NCBI GenBank assembly: GCA_002269645.1
Contig: NIVC01003563.1
Coordinates: forward strand, 27,061 to 91,060
Length of the DNA: 64,000 bases
Source: Macrostomum lignano
Taxonomy: Eukaryota
Reading direction: 5' to 3'
Shown: positions 37,948-49,272 of the stretch, piece after piece
Layout: the number at the start of each line of letters is the position of its first letter
Numbering within the stretch: position 1 is the first letter of the stretch
The notes under the pieces: generated by a model
The model's input: the letters and a program-made list of their open reading frames with translations, nothing else
What the model was told of the DNA's origin: nothing
Database searches by the model: none
Position numbers and translations under genes: made by a program

Positions 37948-38377
37948 CCCTACTCTCCTTGCATGGATAAATCATGGATGAAGCATCCATGATGCCATGT
38001 ATGGATCATACCTGAACATGTATGGAGCCATACCTGATCATACATGGTTCCACGTAAACTTCATCCATGGTTACTTTCCATCCATGTACATTGATGTATG
38101 ATTTTAAATATAATTTTCCTTACTACACTACTGTTAGTAGAACGCAATGTTTGCGTAGGTTCATTTTAAAGCTGAAATTTTCTAAACAAATTCGGCAGCA
38201 TCTTTAGTGCTGCTGAGAAATATGTTTCCATTCCCTTATAAATCACTTTCAAAACAAAAAAGTATCAGAACAAATACTTATGCAATTAAATGTAGAAGTA
38301 ATTGAAAACTCGTATGATGACCATTTCGAGACTTATATTATTAATGATAATTAGGCATAATTCATTTCAAAGTACTG

Positions 38378-38912
38378 TAAGAAAAAATAAGACAGCTCAG
38401 TCTCAGAGAGCTTTAAAATACAGAATGGACAGAATTTGACGCATTTCAAGGTACTGTAAGAAAAAATAAGACAGCTCAGAGAGCTTTAAAATACAGAATA
38501 GACAGAATTTGACGCATTTCAAGGTACTGTAAGAAAAAATAAAACAGCTCAGAGAGCTTTAAAATACAGAATAGACAGAATTTGACGCATTTCAAGGTAC
38601 TGTAAGAAAAAATAAAACAGCTCAGAGAGCTTTAAAATACAGAATAGACAGAATTTGACGCATTTCAAGGTACTGTAAGAAAAAATAAAACAGCTCAGAG
38701 AGCTTTAAAATACAGAATAGACAGAATTTGACGCATTTCAAGGTACTGTAAGAAAAATAAAACAGCTCAGAGAGCTTTAAGATACAGAATAGACAGAATT
38801 TGACGCATTTCAAGGTACTGTAAGAAAAAATAAAACAGCTCAGAGAGCTTTAAGATACAGAATAGACAGAATTTGACGCATTTCAAGGTACTGTAAGAAA
38901 AAATAAAACAGT
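38378..38912. repeat. 73-bp tandem repeat inside EnSpm element 2
   Basis: About 7 copies of caaggtactgtaagaaaaaataaaacagctcagagagc...gacgcattt. Confidence 0.9.
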
Positions 38913-39240
38913 AAATTTTACTGAACAGTCAATAAATAGAATTAGCCGAATTCGGTACGCATTAAGGGCAAGGGCCGACTAATCCTTTACGAAACGAAGT
39001 TAATGCTGCATTAGTCAATTATTTGCGCACAGAAACTTGGAGATTTTGAATATGGAGAGATCGGACAAAGAGAGGTAACGGTGGGAGTCTGAGAGGGAGG
39101 AAGTTGGGCATCTGGAAAGTTATTCTGATTCCCTGATGGTTTTATCTTGGTCATGGAGCATAATTTTATTTTCTGCCAGACTTTGCAGCATTAATAATAA
39201 AATAATCGGATCTAAGGTACGGACACATACTCGTACCTTT

Positions 39241-41541
39241 TTAATCATGTTCAAACTCTTTGAACAATGGCACAGCGCAATAACAGTCTTTGCTGAACGA
39301 TTCTACTGGAACAGCGATGCAGGGTCGATCGACCTCTGAAAAATTAACTATACGTTCGCGTCTGGCCGATCTGGGCGCATTAGACAGGGATATCAATACA
39401 AAATTGAATGTCGAAGACTTTTTGAACATGGATTCCAGCAATGCTTTCCAATTAAGTAAATCGATGGGGAAAGTTGCTGCTGGTACTCGTAAAACAAAAT
39501 CAAACAGCGAACCAATGGGATCCAAAATTTGCACTCGAATAGTATTAGGCTCGAGGAACTCTGCAATAGTGCAGATTTCGCCGGACTTCAATTGGCAAAG
39601 ATGGTTAGAATTTTTCGACGCACAAGCTGAGCTTGTCGAGAAAAAATGTCCATTAAAATAAGCAAGTGAGTTTCGAAGAATACCATGTGGCCTGGATGGC
39701 TCTAAAGATATAGAGTTAACTGCATCCACTACAATAGAGTCCTTAACACAAGAAAAGTAGTGATGTAGCAACTTTTGAAACAAAAACTTGCGAACAAGCT
39801 GTGGGCCAAATGACACAGTTCCGCATAAGAACTTTTTGAACATGCCAATGGAGCTCTCAAATGCGAACATAGAATAATTAAATACAGGTCCGTACAATTC
39901 GTACTGTTCAGCCATATGCAAAAGCAGGTGGAAATTAAGGCGGAGTACTTTCGGTCCGAATATTTGCTGAGCATTGGAGATAAAAGCTTTGCATAGCTTT
40001 TCGATATCAGTCTTATTTGATTGGGGGCTATACAACATGTGATAAATAAGAACTAAATTAGTTAACAGCAGTTTCAATGGAAAATGCGAAATTCTCTGCA
40101 AAAACGTAGGAAGAAGAAAGTATAGCGCAAAGTTTTTAAAATGCTTTGCTTTCCAATCTGAAAAGCCTTTAAAATTTGTGTTGATTGTGATGCTAGAAGG
40201 AGTTATAGATTGACGAATACAATTAGATATGAAATCCATGCAATTAGCTGAGCAAAAATACAACTCGCGCCTGTTTGCAGGTAATGACAGCTCTTCTAGT
40301 AGATACTTGGTGTGGCCTTCGAAAAAGCAGTGTAAACTGTCAATAGGATTGCAGCTGGGAAACGGAACATAGTCTAACAAGCAACTGCGCATCTTTACGC
40401 CAAAAACAGGCCGATTTCGAATTTGTGCGAGCCGACAGTGTTCAAGATGGGAAGATGGGTTTCTCAAAGGAAACAAGTAGCCTTCACCATAGCGGAAGAT
40501 CCAGTTTTTACCTTTCTCGGATACTTTAAAGCTCTCACCTGGGTGCAAGCACCTAGGACAGCTAAACGCACCATTGTACTGGTGAATGCAGAAGAGCTTA
40601 GCAAGAGCGGGCAAGTCACAAACAAAGAGTGTGTAATGGACATGAACGGTGTATTCCGAGAATATAAACTGTTTTGGCAAATTGTTCATAATTTCAGACA
40701 GAAAAGACTGGAAATGCGGGACTGCCTTCGATGAAACAAGAGCAATTAGAATTAAATTTGCAAAGCGTTGACGGATGTAAACAGGAAGGTTTAGAAGTTG
40801 AGCCTGAAATGGCCAATGGCTACTCTGAACAGATTCAAAAAAATTGGCGCCATCAGCTGAGATTAGAAGATGCAAGTGAAGCGACTTGCCAGAAGATAGG
40901 CTTAAGCCTTGTTCTTTAACTATTTTGGAATTCAAAACGTCTGTGTTTTTATCCTTTTGCAATTCTTGCTCATACTGCAGAATAGTTGAAGTGTGGCTGC
41001 TTAAGATAGTCCGCAGCTGTGGAACAATATTGAGCTGTGTCACAGCAACCTTTGACTTTGGGGAATGAACCTGACACTGGCTTTTGCATTCTGGGCAAAA
41101 GCCAAATTCAGACACGTCACTATCATCAAGAGGGCAAGTATCTTGAATCAATGATTTGAGCAACTTGACGCTATTTGGAAGAGCTAGAGAATCTCTACTA
41201 AAAATAGAAAGTAGCTTCAGGAGTCTATCAAGAGCAGCCTCTGAAACTCCGGAAGTAATTGCCCACTGAAAAATCAGAGCCGCCTGCACACTGGGATCTG
41301 AGATGGAAGCCAAATTCGCTAAGCTATCTGAACTCTCCTCAAGCACAGGCACAGCATTGTTTTCACCAATAAAAGTTTCCACAGCGTCAGGACAGCTGTG
41401 CGAGTGCGTTACACCGGCTTCGCTTGAAATTGAACTCCTATTACTTGTAGAAAAACTATTTGAGGGAGAAGAAATCGCCTGACAAGAGTAGGCTGAGTAA
41501 TTAGTAGAAAGAGAGTGCTCAGATTCTGATTTACTAGACAT
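39241..41541 (-). CDS. EnSpm/CACTA DDE transposase (766 aa)
   Basis: Motifs SADGANFF.S...HWP, CDLPALAK, CPRC (C2C), IDSLH, WKAKHFKNF, HLLLH (H3H), SMFAFES. The ORF is uninterrupted. Confidence 0.92.
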   Translation of the reverse strand: MSSKSESEHSLSTNYSAYSCQAISSPSNSFSTSNRSSISSEAGVTHSHSCPDAVETFIGENNAVPVLEESSDSLANLASISDPSVQAALIFQWAITSGVSEAALDRLLKLLSIFSRDSLALPNSVKLLKSLIQDTCPLDDSDVSEFGFCPECKSQCQVHSPKSKVAVTQLNIVPQLRTILSSHTSTILQYEQELQKDKNTDVLNSKIVKEQGLSLSSGKSLHLHLLISADGANFFESVQSSHWPFQAQLLNLPVYIRQRFANLILIALVSSKAVPHFQSFLSEIMNNLPKQFIFSEYTVHVHYTLFVCDLPALAKLFCIHQYNGAFSCPRCLHPGESFKVSEKGKNWIFRYGEGYLFPLRNPSSHLEHCRLAQIRNRPVFGVKMRSCLLDYVPFPSCNPIDSLHCFFEGHTKYLLEELSLPANRRELYFCSANCMDFISNCIRQSITPSSITINTNFKGFSDWKAKHFKNFALYFLLPTFLQRISHFPLKLLLTNLVLIYHMLYSPQSNKTDIEKLCKAFISNAQQIFGPKVLRLNFHLLLHMAEQYELYGPVFNYSMFAFESSIGMFKKFLCGTVSFGPQLVRKFLFQKLLHHYFSCVKDSIVVDAVNSISLEPSRPHGILRNSLAYFNGHFFSTSSACASKNSNHLCQLKSGEICTIAEFLEPNTIRVQILDPIGSLFDFVLRVPAATFPIDLLNWKALLESMFKKSSTFNFVLISLSNAPRSARRERIVNFSEVDRPCIAVPVESFSKDCYCAVPLFKEFEHD

Positions 41542-41590
41542 AAAAATAGCAATTCAAATATTCAAAAGTTACTAGAATTTTTTCCGCAAT

Positions 41591-43541
41591 TCACGGTCCC
41601 ATTCGCCTTGAGCGGGAAATGGAATCCCCTGACTCGGGTCCAGAAGCAGCAGTTGAAGTTCGCTTTCTCGCCCGTGTCTCCTCCCTGGCCAGCTGATTGA
41701 GATGGTCTCGTACAGACTTCCAGATTTCGTGGAAGTCGTAGCCAGATGTTCGATAGCACAATTGAAGCAAACCTGAAAATTCACGAGTATAGTAAAATAT
41801 TTTTACAATAGACATTGTGTACTGTGTTTATAGTAGAAATAGGCTAAATTTAAAAGGAAGTTGATTTATGATGCTAATCATTAAATAGGTCAATGGGATG
41901 TATTGAACTTTAGAACTATTTTTCCTCAATTTCTTTTATCTCAGACCTAAATGTGTTTTTTTAGAAAATATCCCAAGTATTGGATTCAGATCATTTAGCA
42001 TTAATTAGCCTAAATTGCTTTATAATAAAAAAATTGCACAAAACTGTGAAAAAATTATATATATATATTTACGTTGAAACTCTGTCACATGCTCAGATGG
42101 AGCAGGCCTTCGGGAACTGCGAGCACCACAGGATGAATCGATTATATGCTCAAGCAAGTAGCCTTCGCCAAATCGCAGCTTGATATACCTTCGGAGGAAC
42201 ACCTTAGGATCGTTGCAAAGAATTGAAGACAGCTCAGCTAGGGAACCATCAATGCACCTAAATTCCTAAAAAATGTTATTATATAGTAGAACTTTTATAC
42301 TACAGACGTGATGCTGCTGATGCTAAGAAAAAACTGACATACCTCATTTTGGTATTCTTTAATTGTTAGCATTCCACCAAAGTTGTCATCCTTTTTTAAA
42401 AGTCGGCATATCCTTGCAGCAAGACGCTTCTCAAGAGAAAGCAACTCGGATTGAATGAACAGTTTTAGATCTAGAGTAAGATATATGCTCATATATAAAA
42501 ATATGGTGATTTTGATTTTTAATAATGTGATTGTATCATATTAAAAAAATAAAATTATACATTTCATTGTTGCATCCGATTCACTGTTTACTATCTGTAC
42601 CCCTCGGAGGGGTTGCACTTCTTGAATTGCACCTAGTGATAAAAAAGGCTTATTGCTACAAAAATATTGACTCATTTGGTATTTGGTTTTCAATTAGGTG
42701 TAATAGAATATACAAACTTGATTCCAAGAGGCCTGTGGCACGAGCTTGCTCATTTTCAACCAAAGATGCCTCTCTCTCAAATGCAGAAATGGCTTTTTCT
42801 AAAAAATAATAATTAATCAAATAATACAACAAAAAAAACAAATTGCAAACAATTAATAGTTCATATATATTGCAGTTTTACCCATTGATTGAGTAGCTGG
42901 TATCGCCAAATTTGGTTCGCCACTTTCACTATCCACTTCATAAAGCTCGTCAAGTAGTCCATGCTGATGACAACTAGAACTTGAAGCAACCTGCTTTGAA
43001 CTAGATGACCTTATTGTCCTTACATTTGCAATGCCAGCTTGGGGATCTTTCATTGCAAAAAGCTCAATAGCTTGGCTAATCAATGAATCAGTATTTTCAG
43101 CCTCACTAACCAAGTTGGAAAGTTGGTTCATAGTTGAAGCCATTTGCCTTTCACTACCTTTTGCCACAAGTGTAGCAGAAAATAGTTTGCCATACATGCG
43201 TAAAAAGACTTTAGTCCCCTAAAATATAATTTAATAAAGTAATATTACATTTGTAGTTGGAATAATTTGTTTTAGAAACCATGTACTCAATAACAAAATA
43301 TTATGCATATAAATCCAACTTAAAATCTTACTTGTGCAAGTTCCAACTTTTCATCATTAGTTATTGTACTTGGCCAATAGGGAGACCCAAATGCAATGGT
43401 CACATATTGCTCATCATGGCCAACATTGTGAAGAATAAAGCAGAAAAACAATGCTGAATTGTCATTTCCAAATTTAGAAGTACTTTTTGTCTGCTTTCGA
43501 AGAGGCCTAGAATTAGATGCACTTAATCCAATATCATCCAT
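41591..43541 (-). CDS. Six-exon transposon accessory protein (376 aa) with a BEN-like C-terminal domain
   Basis: Exons 43541-43332, 43218-42882, 42798-42718, 42470-42343, 42265-42073 and 41772-41591 have GT-AG ends and consistent phases (0,1,1,0,1). The C-terminus KVFLRRYIKLRFGEGYL...EIWKSVRDHLNQLAR resembles a BEN pattern. Confidence 0.75.
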
Positions 43542-44677
43542 AACAATTTGTTCTGAAAAAGTTTCACAAGGAGATAAGGTTTGAAGAATCAATCAAGAGG
43601 CCAATGACAAACCAATTAGAATTGTATATAAAAAAAATTTAATGTAGGGACCCTAGGCCCCTATGATTTTAAATAAAAATTATAATATAAGGCCTAGGCC
43701 CTATATATAGGCCTATAATTATAAAGTTGTGCCATTGTGGATTTTCTGATACAAAGTAGACAATATTAGGCCTAATTGGGCCTAGTCTAGTCTAGTTTTG
43801 ATTATAGACTGTATATTAGATACAAAGGACATGAAAGGTCTCGAAATTAAGTACCAATTACCATAATATACTATTATTTTTTATTATTTTGAAACTGTCA
43901 GCCTACCATGTGATTTTTATCATTAGGCTATGGCCTAGGTCTAGGATGCCACTTTAGACTAGGCCTTTGGCTTTGGTTAGGCCAACCTATCATTATAAAA
44001 ATGCAGCAAAATATCATTCAAAAATATACATCTAACCCCTATAGGTTATCTTTGCATCCCAAATATAATATATAATAGGGTTTCTATTTTCTAATATATC
44101 TACAAATACAATTTTCACTGAAGGAGTGAAGATCAAATTAGCATGTCAAAAAACCTTACAAGCCACCGAATTTTAAAACTAGCTACCAAAAGTGGAACTG
44201 GAAGTATATAGCTAAGAAAAAACATAAACATAAACATAGCACATAGTGACACATAATGAAATGATGACAACATGCAAGAGTGACAGAGTCCTCTTAGAAA
44301 GGAAAAATAGGCCTAGTAATTTATGTTTATGGGAAGTTAAGTCCGTAATTAACTAAACCGAAACAAAATGGCCAACAAAATTGCTGGTAATATATTCAAA
44401 GCAATTTGTAGGTGAAGATTTTAACAAATTTATTAAACTATTTTTTGTATTTACAATTTCGCTTTTATTAAATATATTTAAAACTTTATTAGATATACAT
44501 AAAATAGCCTGAAATTTTTTATAAGCTTAGTTATTTATTTTCCCGTATGAACTCCCTGACATGGATGATTTTACCATGGAAAGTTTTAAAAATCCATGCA
44601 TGAAAATACCATGAACATGCATGATTTATCAATGGATCATGGATCATAGATGATTTATCCATGATAAGAGAGTAGGG

Positions 44678-44945
44678 ATGGACTTCAAACATGAGTGTCA
44701 GATGGACTTCAAGCATGAGTGTCAGGTGGACATCAAACATGAGTGTCAGGTGGACATCAAGCATGAGTGTCAGATGGACTTCAAGCATGAGTGTCAGATG
44801 GACTTCAAACATGAGTGTCAGATGGACATCAAGCATGAGTGTCAGATGGACTTCAAACATGAGTGTCAGATGGACGACATCAAGCATGAGTGTCAGATGG
44901 ACATCAAGCATGAGTGTCAGATGGACTTCAAGCATGACTGTCAGA
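44678..44945. repeat. 24-bp minisatellite, segment 3
   Basis: About 11 units, resuming in phase after the AT TSD. Confidence 0.95.
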
Positions 44946-44949
44946 TTAA

Positions 44950-47212
44950 CACCAAGCATCAGTGTCAGATGGAGGCCGAGGGCAATCAAGCATCAGTGTC
45001 AGATGGAGGCCGAGGGCAATCAAGCATCAGTGTCAGATGGAGGCCGCGAGGGCAATCAAGCATCAGTGTCAGATGGAGGCCACGAGGGCAATCAAGCATC
45101 AGTGTCAGATGGAGGCCGAGGGCAATCAAGCATCAGTGTCAGATGGAGGCCGAGGGCAATCAAGCATCAGTGTCAGATGGAGACCGAGGGCAATCAAGCA
45201 TCAGTGTCAGATGGAGGCCGCGAGGGCAATCAAGCATCAGTGTCAGATGGAGGCCGAGGGCAATCAAGCATCAGTGTCAGATGGAGGCCGAGGGCAATCA
45301 AGCATCAGTGTCAGATGGAGACCGAGGGCAATCAAGCATCAGTGTCAGATGGAGGCCGAGGGCAATCAAGCATCAGTGTCAGATGGAGGCCGAGGGCAAT
45401 CAAGCATCAGTGTCAGATGGAGGCCGAGGGCAATCAAGCATCAGTGTCAGATGGAGGCCGAGGGCAATCAAGCATCAGTGTCAGATGGAGACCGAGGGCA
45501 ATCAAGCATCAGTGTCAGATGGAGGCCGAGGGCAATCAAGCATCAGTGTCAGATGGAGGCCGAGGGCAATCAAGCATCAGTGTCAGATGGAGGCCGAGGG
45601 CAATCAAGCATCAGTGTCAGATGGAGGCCGAGGGCAATCAAGCATCAGTGTCAGATGGAGGCCGAGGGCAATCAAGCATCAGTGTCAGATGGAGACCGAG
45701 GGCAATCAAGCATCAGTGTCAGATGGAGGCCGAGGGCAATCAAGCATCAGTGTCAGATGGAGGCCGAGGGCAATCAAGCATCAGTGTCAGATGAAGGCCG
45801 AGGGCAATCAAGCATCAGTGTCAGATGGAGGCCGAGGGCAATCAAGCATCAGTGTCAGATGGAGACCGAGGGCAATCAAGCATCAGTGTCAGATGGAGAC
45901 CGAGGGCAATCAAGCATCAGTGTCAGATGGGTCGAGGGCAATCAAGCATCAGTGTCAGATGGAGACCGAGGGCAATCAAGCATCAGTGTCAGATGGAGGC
46001 CGCGAGGGCAATCAAGCATCAGTGTCAGATGGAGGCCGAGGGCAATCAAGCATCAGTGTCAGATGGAGGCCGAGGGCAATCAAGCATCAGTGTCAGATGG
46101 AGACCGAGGGCAATCAAGCATCAGTGTCAGATGGAGGCCGAGGGCAATCAAGCATCAGTGTCAGATGGAGGCCGAGGGCAATCAAGCATCAGTGTCAGAT
46201 GGAGGCCGAGGGCAATCAAGCATCAGTGTCAGATGGAGGCCGAGGGCAATCAAGCATCAGTGTCAGATGGAGGCCGAGGGCAATCAAGCATCAGTGTCAG
46301 ATGGAGGCCGAGGGCAATCAAGCATCAGTGTCAGATGGAGGCCGAGGGCAATCAAGCATCAGTGTCAGATGGAGGCCGAGGGCAATCAAGCATCAGTGTC
46401 AGATGGAGACCGAGGGCAATCAAGCATCAGTGTCAGATGGAGGCCGAGGGCAATCAAGCATCAGTGTCAGATGGAGGCCGAGGGCAATCAAGCATCAGTG
46501 TCAGATGAAGGCCGAGGGCAATCAAGCATCAGTGTCAGATGGAGGCCGAGGGCAATCAAGCATCAGTGTCAGATGGAGACCGAGGGCAATCAAGCATCAG
46601 TGTCAGATGGAGACCGAGGGCAATCAAGCATCAGTGTCAGATGGGTCGAGGGCAATCAAGCATCAGTGTCAGATGGAGACCGAGGGCAATCAAGCATCAG
46701 TGTCAGATGGGTCGAGGCCGAGGGCAATCAAGCATTAGTGTCAGATGGAGGCCGAGGGCAATCAAGCATCAGTGTCAGATGGAGGCCGAGGGCAATCAAG
46801 CATCAGTGTCAGATGGAGGCCGAGGGCAATCAAGCATCAGTGTCAGATGGAGGCCGAGGGCAATCAAGCATCAGTGTCAGATGGAGGCCGAGGGCAATCA
46901 AGCATCAGTGTCAGATGGAGGCCGAGGGCAATCAAGCATCAGTGTCAGATGGAGGCCGAGGGCAATCAAGCATCAGTGTCAGATGGAGGCCGAGGGCAAT
47001 CAAGCATCAGTGTCAGATGGAGGCCGAGGGCAATCAAGCATCAGTGTCAGATGGAGGCCGAGGGCAATCAAGCATCAGTGTCAGATGGAGGCCGAGGGCA
47101 ATCAAGCATCAGTGTCAGATGGAGACCGAGGGCAATCAAGCATCAGTGTCAGATGGAGGCCGAGGGCAATCAAGCATCAGTGTCAGATGGAGGCCGAGGG
47201 CAATCAAGCATC
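44950..47212. repeat. 34-bp minisatellite (cagtgtcagatggaggccgagggcaatcaagcat)
   Basis: About 2.3 kb homogeneous array. The long ORFs here arise because the unit has no stop on the + strand. Confidence 0.97.
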
Positions 47213-47774
47213 GGTCACAAACGCAAGCTTGAGACGGCGCAGGGCAGGGGAGCCTGCAGGGGTCTGTTCCTGCTCCAGCTACGAGTGCAAGCCAGAGAGT
47301 TCTCTTCAACCAGCGTCCCCTACTTGCCTTATGCTTAAGAAAATCTTCAATACTTGAAGTACAATGGAGATTTTTTATTCTAGGCACCAGTAATAGAATA
47401 AATTTTATGAGCCTTCAAGAATTTGCAGTTGTGCCCATCATGATGTTCCAGATTTCTTCTTGGAAAACCGCTGACTTTTGCTTCAATCATCTGCCGCCCA
47501 GAGACACGTTTTACACGCATGCATGTATGCTCCAAGTTCAAAGTTTCCTCATAGGGTTAGAAGTTTTGGCCAGAATTTATTAAAAATCATTCATCATACA
47601 TCTGGCGCAATTCTTGATAGCTGTGTGCACCAAGTATAAAATCTGCGGTGAGTGATCTTTCTGGTAAAAATTCAATCATTCAATTCGAGACAGCGCAGTT
47701 TGCGCGACTCTTCTGCTGCACGTGCATAATGCAACGTGTATGCTGTAGCTAGCTTTCTATGCAAATGTATGTAG

Positions 47775-48380
47775 TTACATATTATCAGTCAGCTGTGGCG
47801 CCCCCTCATCAGTCAGCATTGGCGCCCCTTATCAGTTAGCTGTGGCGCCCCCCTATCAGTCAGCATTGGCGCCCTCTTATCAGTCAGCTGTGGCGCCCCC
47901 TCATCAATAAGCATTGGCGCCCCTTATCAGTCAGCTGTGGCGCCCTCTTATCAGTCAGCTGTGGCGCCCCCTCATCAGTCAGCATTGGCGCCCTCTTATC
48001 AGTCAGCTGTGGCGCCCTCTTATCAGTCAGCTTTGGCGCCCCCTTATCAGTCAGCTGTGGCGCCCTCTTATCAGTCAGCTGTGGCGCCCTCTTATCAGTC
48101 AGCTTTGGCGCCCCCTTATCAGTCAGCTGTGGTGCCCTCTTATCAGTCAGCTGTGGCGCCCTCTTATCAGTCAGCTGTGGCGCCCTCTTATCAGTCAGCT
48201 GTGGCGCCCTCTTATCAGTCAGCTGTGGCGCCCTCTTATCAGTCAGCTGTGGCGCCCTCTTATCATTCAGCTTTGGCGCCCCCATATCAGTCAGCTGTGG
48301 CGCCCCCTTATCAGTCAGCTGTGGCGCCCCCTTATCAGTCAGCTGTGGCGGTCTCTTATCAGTCAGCAGTGGTGGCCCCT
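47775..48380. repeat. 24-bp minisatellite (atcagtcagctgtggcgccctctt)
   Basis: Directly visible tandem array. Confidence 0.95.
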
Positions 48381-48601
48381 CAAAAAAACTGTCGCTCATA
48401 CCCAAAGCCTCGGCTATCACTGTGGATCTCGCTGCTCATTGGATAGAATCAGTGAAGGCAGCAATATTATTAAACAGCTTCCCTTGCACTGGAGCAGGGC
48501 TAACTCAACCCAAAGCTTGTTGGAAACACATGAAATTCGCGAGTACATGTACGCTAATTATTCGCCAAAGAAATGCTGCCATTTCTAACCAATGTCACCA
48601 G

Positions 48602-48860
48602 CGGAGTCGACAAGGTAGAGAAGGACGCATTCGACGAGGAGTCCCACGATGTGCAGCGGCCGAATCCGCGCTCCACCTTCATCCTGGTGGCCAGCCTGGG
48701 CACCCTCTGCGTCCTGGCCGCCGGCCTGATGGCCCGCAGCCTGTTCTCCAGGGCCGAAGCATTGAAGGACGAGGAGGCCACCGCCGTGGCCATGGACCTG
48801 GACCAGGCGCTGTTTCCCGGATGTCATTCAGAGACTGTCGGCATGACGTTCGGCGAGTGA
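48602..48860 (+). CDS. Orphan coding-like exon encoding one transmembrane segment
   Basis: GC-rich and codon-like. ctaac branch-like motif and caccag acceptor. TM-like TFILVASLGTLCVLAAGLMA. The partner exons were not found. Confidence 0.35.
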
Positions 48861-48963
48861 AGACCTTGCATGTAACCTGCCGATGTTTTCTGTCACCGCG
48901 CTTACAGTCTATTGGTAAATGTCGTTCAGGCATCTTAGGCCTTCATTAGAGACTCCATCGCTA

Positions 48964-49272
48964 GGGTTGTTAGTCAAGTGGTTAGAGCATCAGACTCACG
49001 ACTGAAAGATCAGCGGTTCGACTCTCGACCATCTCGGAGCAATTTTTATCCTTGAACAAGACACTTAAGTCTTAATTGCTTCAGTTTATCCAGATCATTT
49101 AAAATGGGTGCCAGCATTAGCTGGGGTAATTGAGGGTGTGTGTGGCGACCCCCCAGTCCTTGGACTGAACAGCCGTACGCAGCCTTCAGATGCGCCGCGC
49201 AATAGCTGTGGCTGAGCTGTCGGTTGCACATTTTCCCCAAAGGGACAGGCCTAATCAATTTTATTATTATAG
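48964..49272 (+). mobile_element. tRNA-derived SINE, copy 1
   Basis: A box (tagtcaagtggttagagc) and B box (ggttcgactc), a CORE/V-domain-like centre (ccttgaacaagacacttaa...cttcagttt...aaaatggg), a shared 3' part and an (att)n tail. Confidence 0.85.

Larger units (their letters stand above)
37948..44677 (-). mobile_element. EnSpm/CACTA-type (CMC) DNA transposon, element 2 (6.7 kb)
   Basis: TIRs CCCTACTCTCCTTGCATGGATAAATCAT and CCCTACTCTCTTATCATGGATAAATCAT (25/28 identical). 2-bp TSD AT (37946-37947 and 44678-44679). Subterminal (at)ccatg(g) repeats. Confidence 0.92.

Noticed and set aside
27026-37990. CRISPR-like or protein-coding reading of the 24-bp arrays (DFKHECQM repeats)
   Set aside because: The units are contiguous with no unique spacers, no cas genes are present, the context is eukaryotic, and there is no splice or start context supporting translation.
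44678-47357. Long ORFs (up to 756 aa) on the + strand
   Set aside because: They are translations of a stop-free 34-bp repeat that cycles through all frames; there is no gene context.
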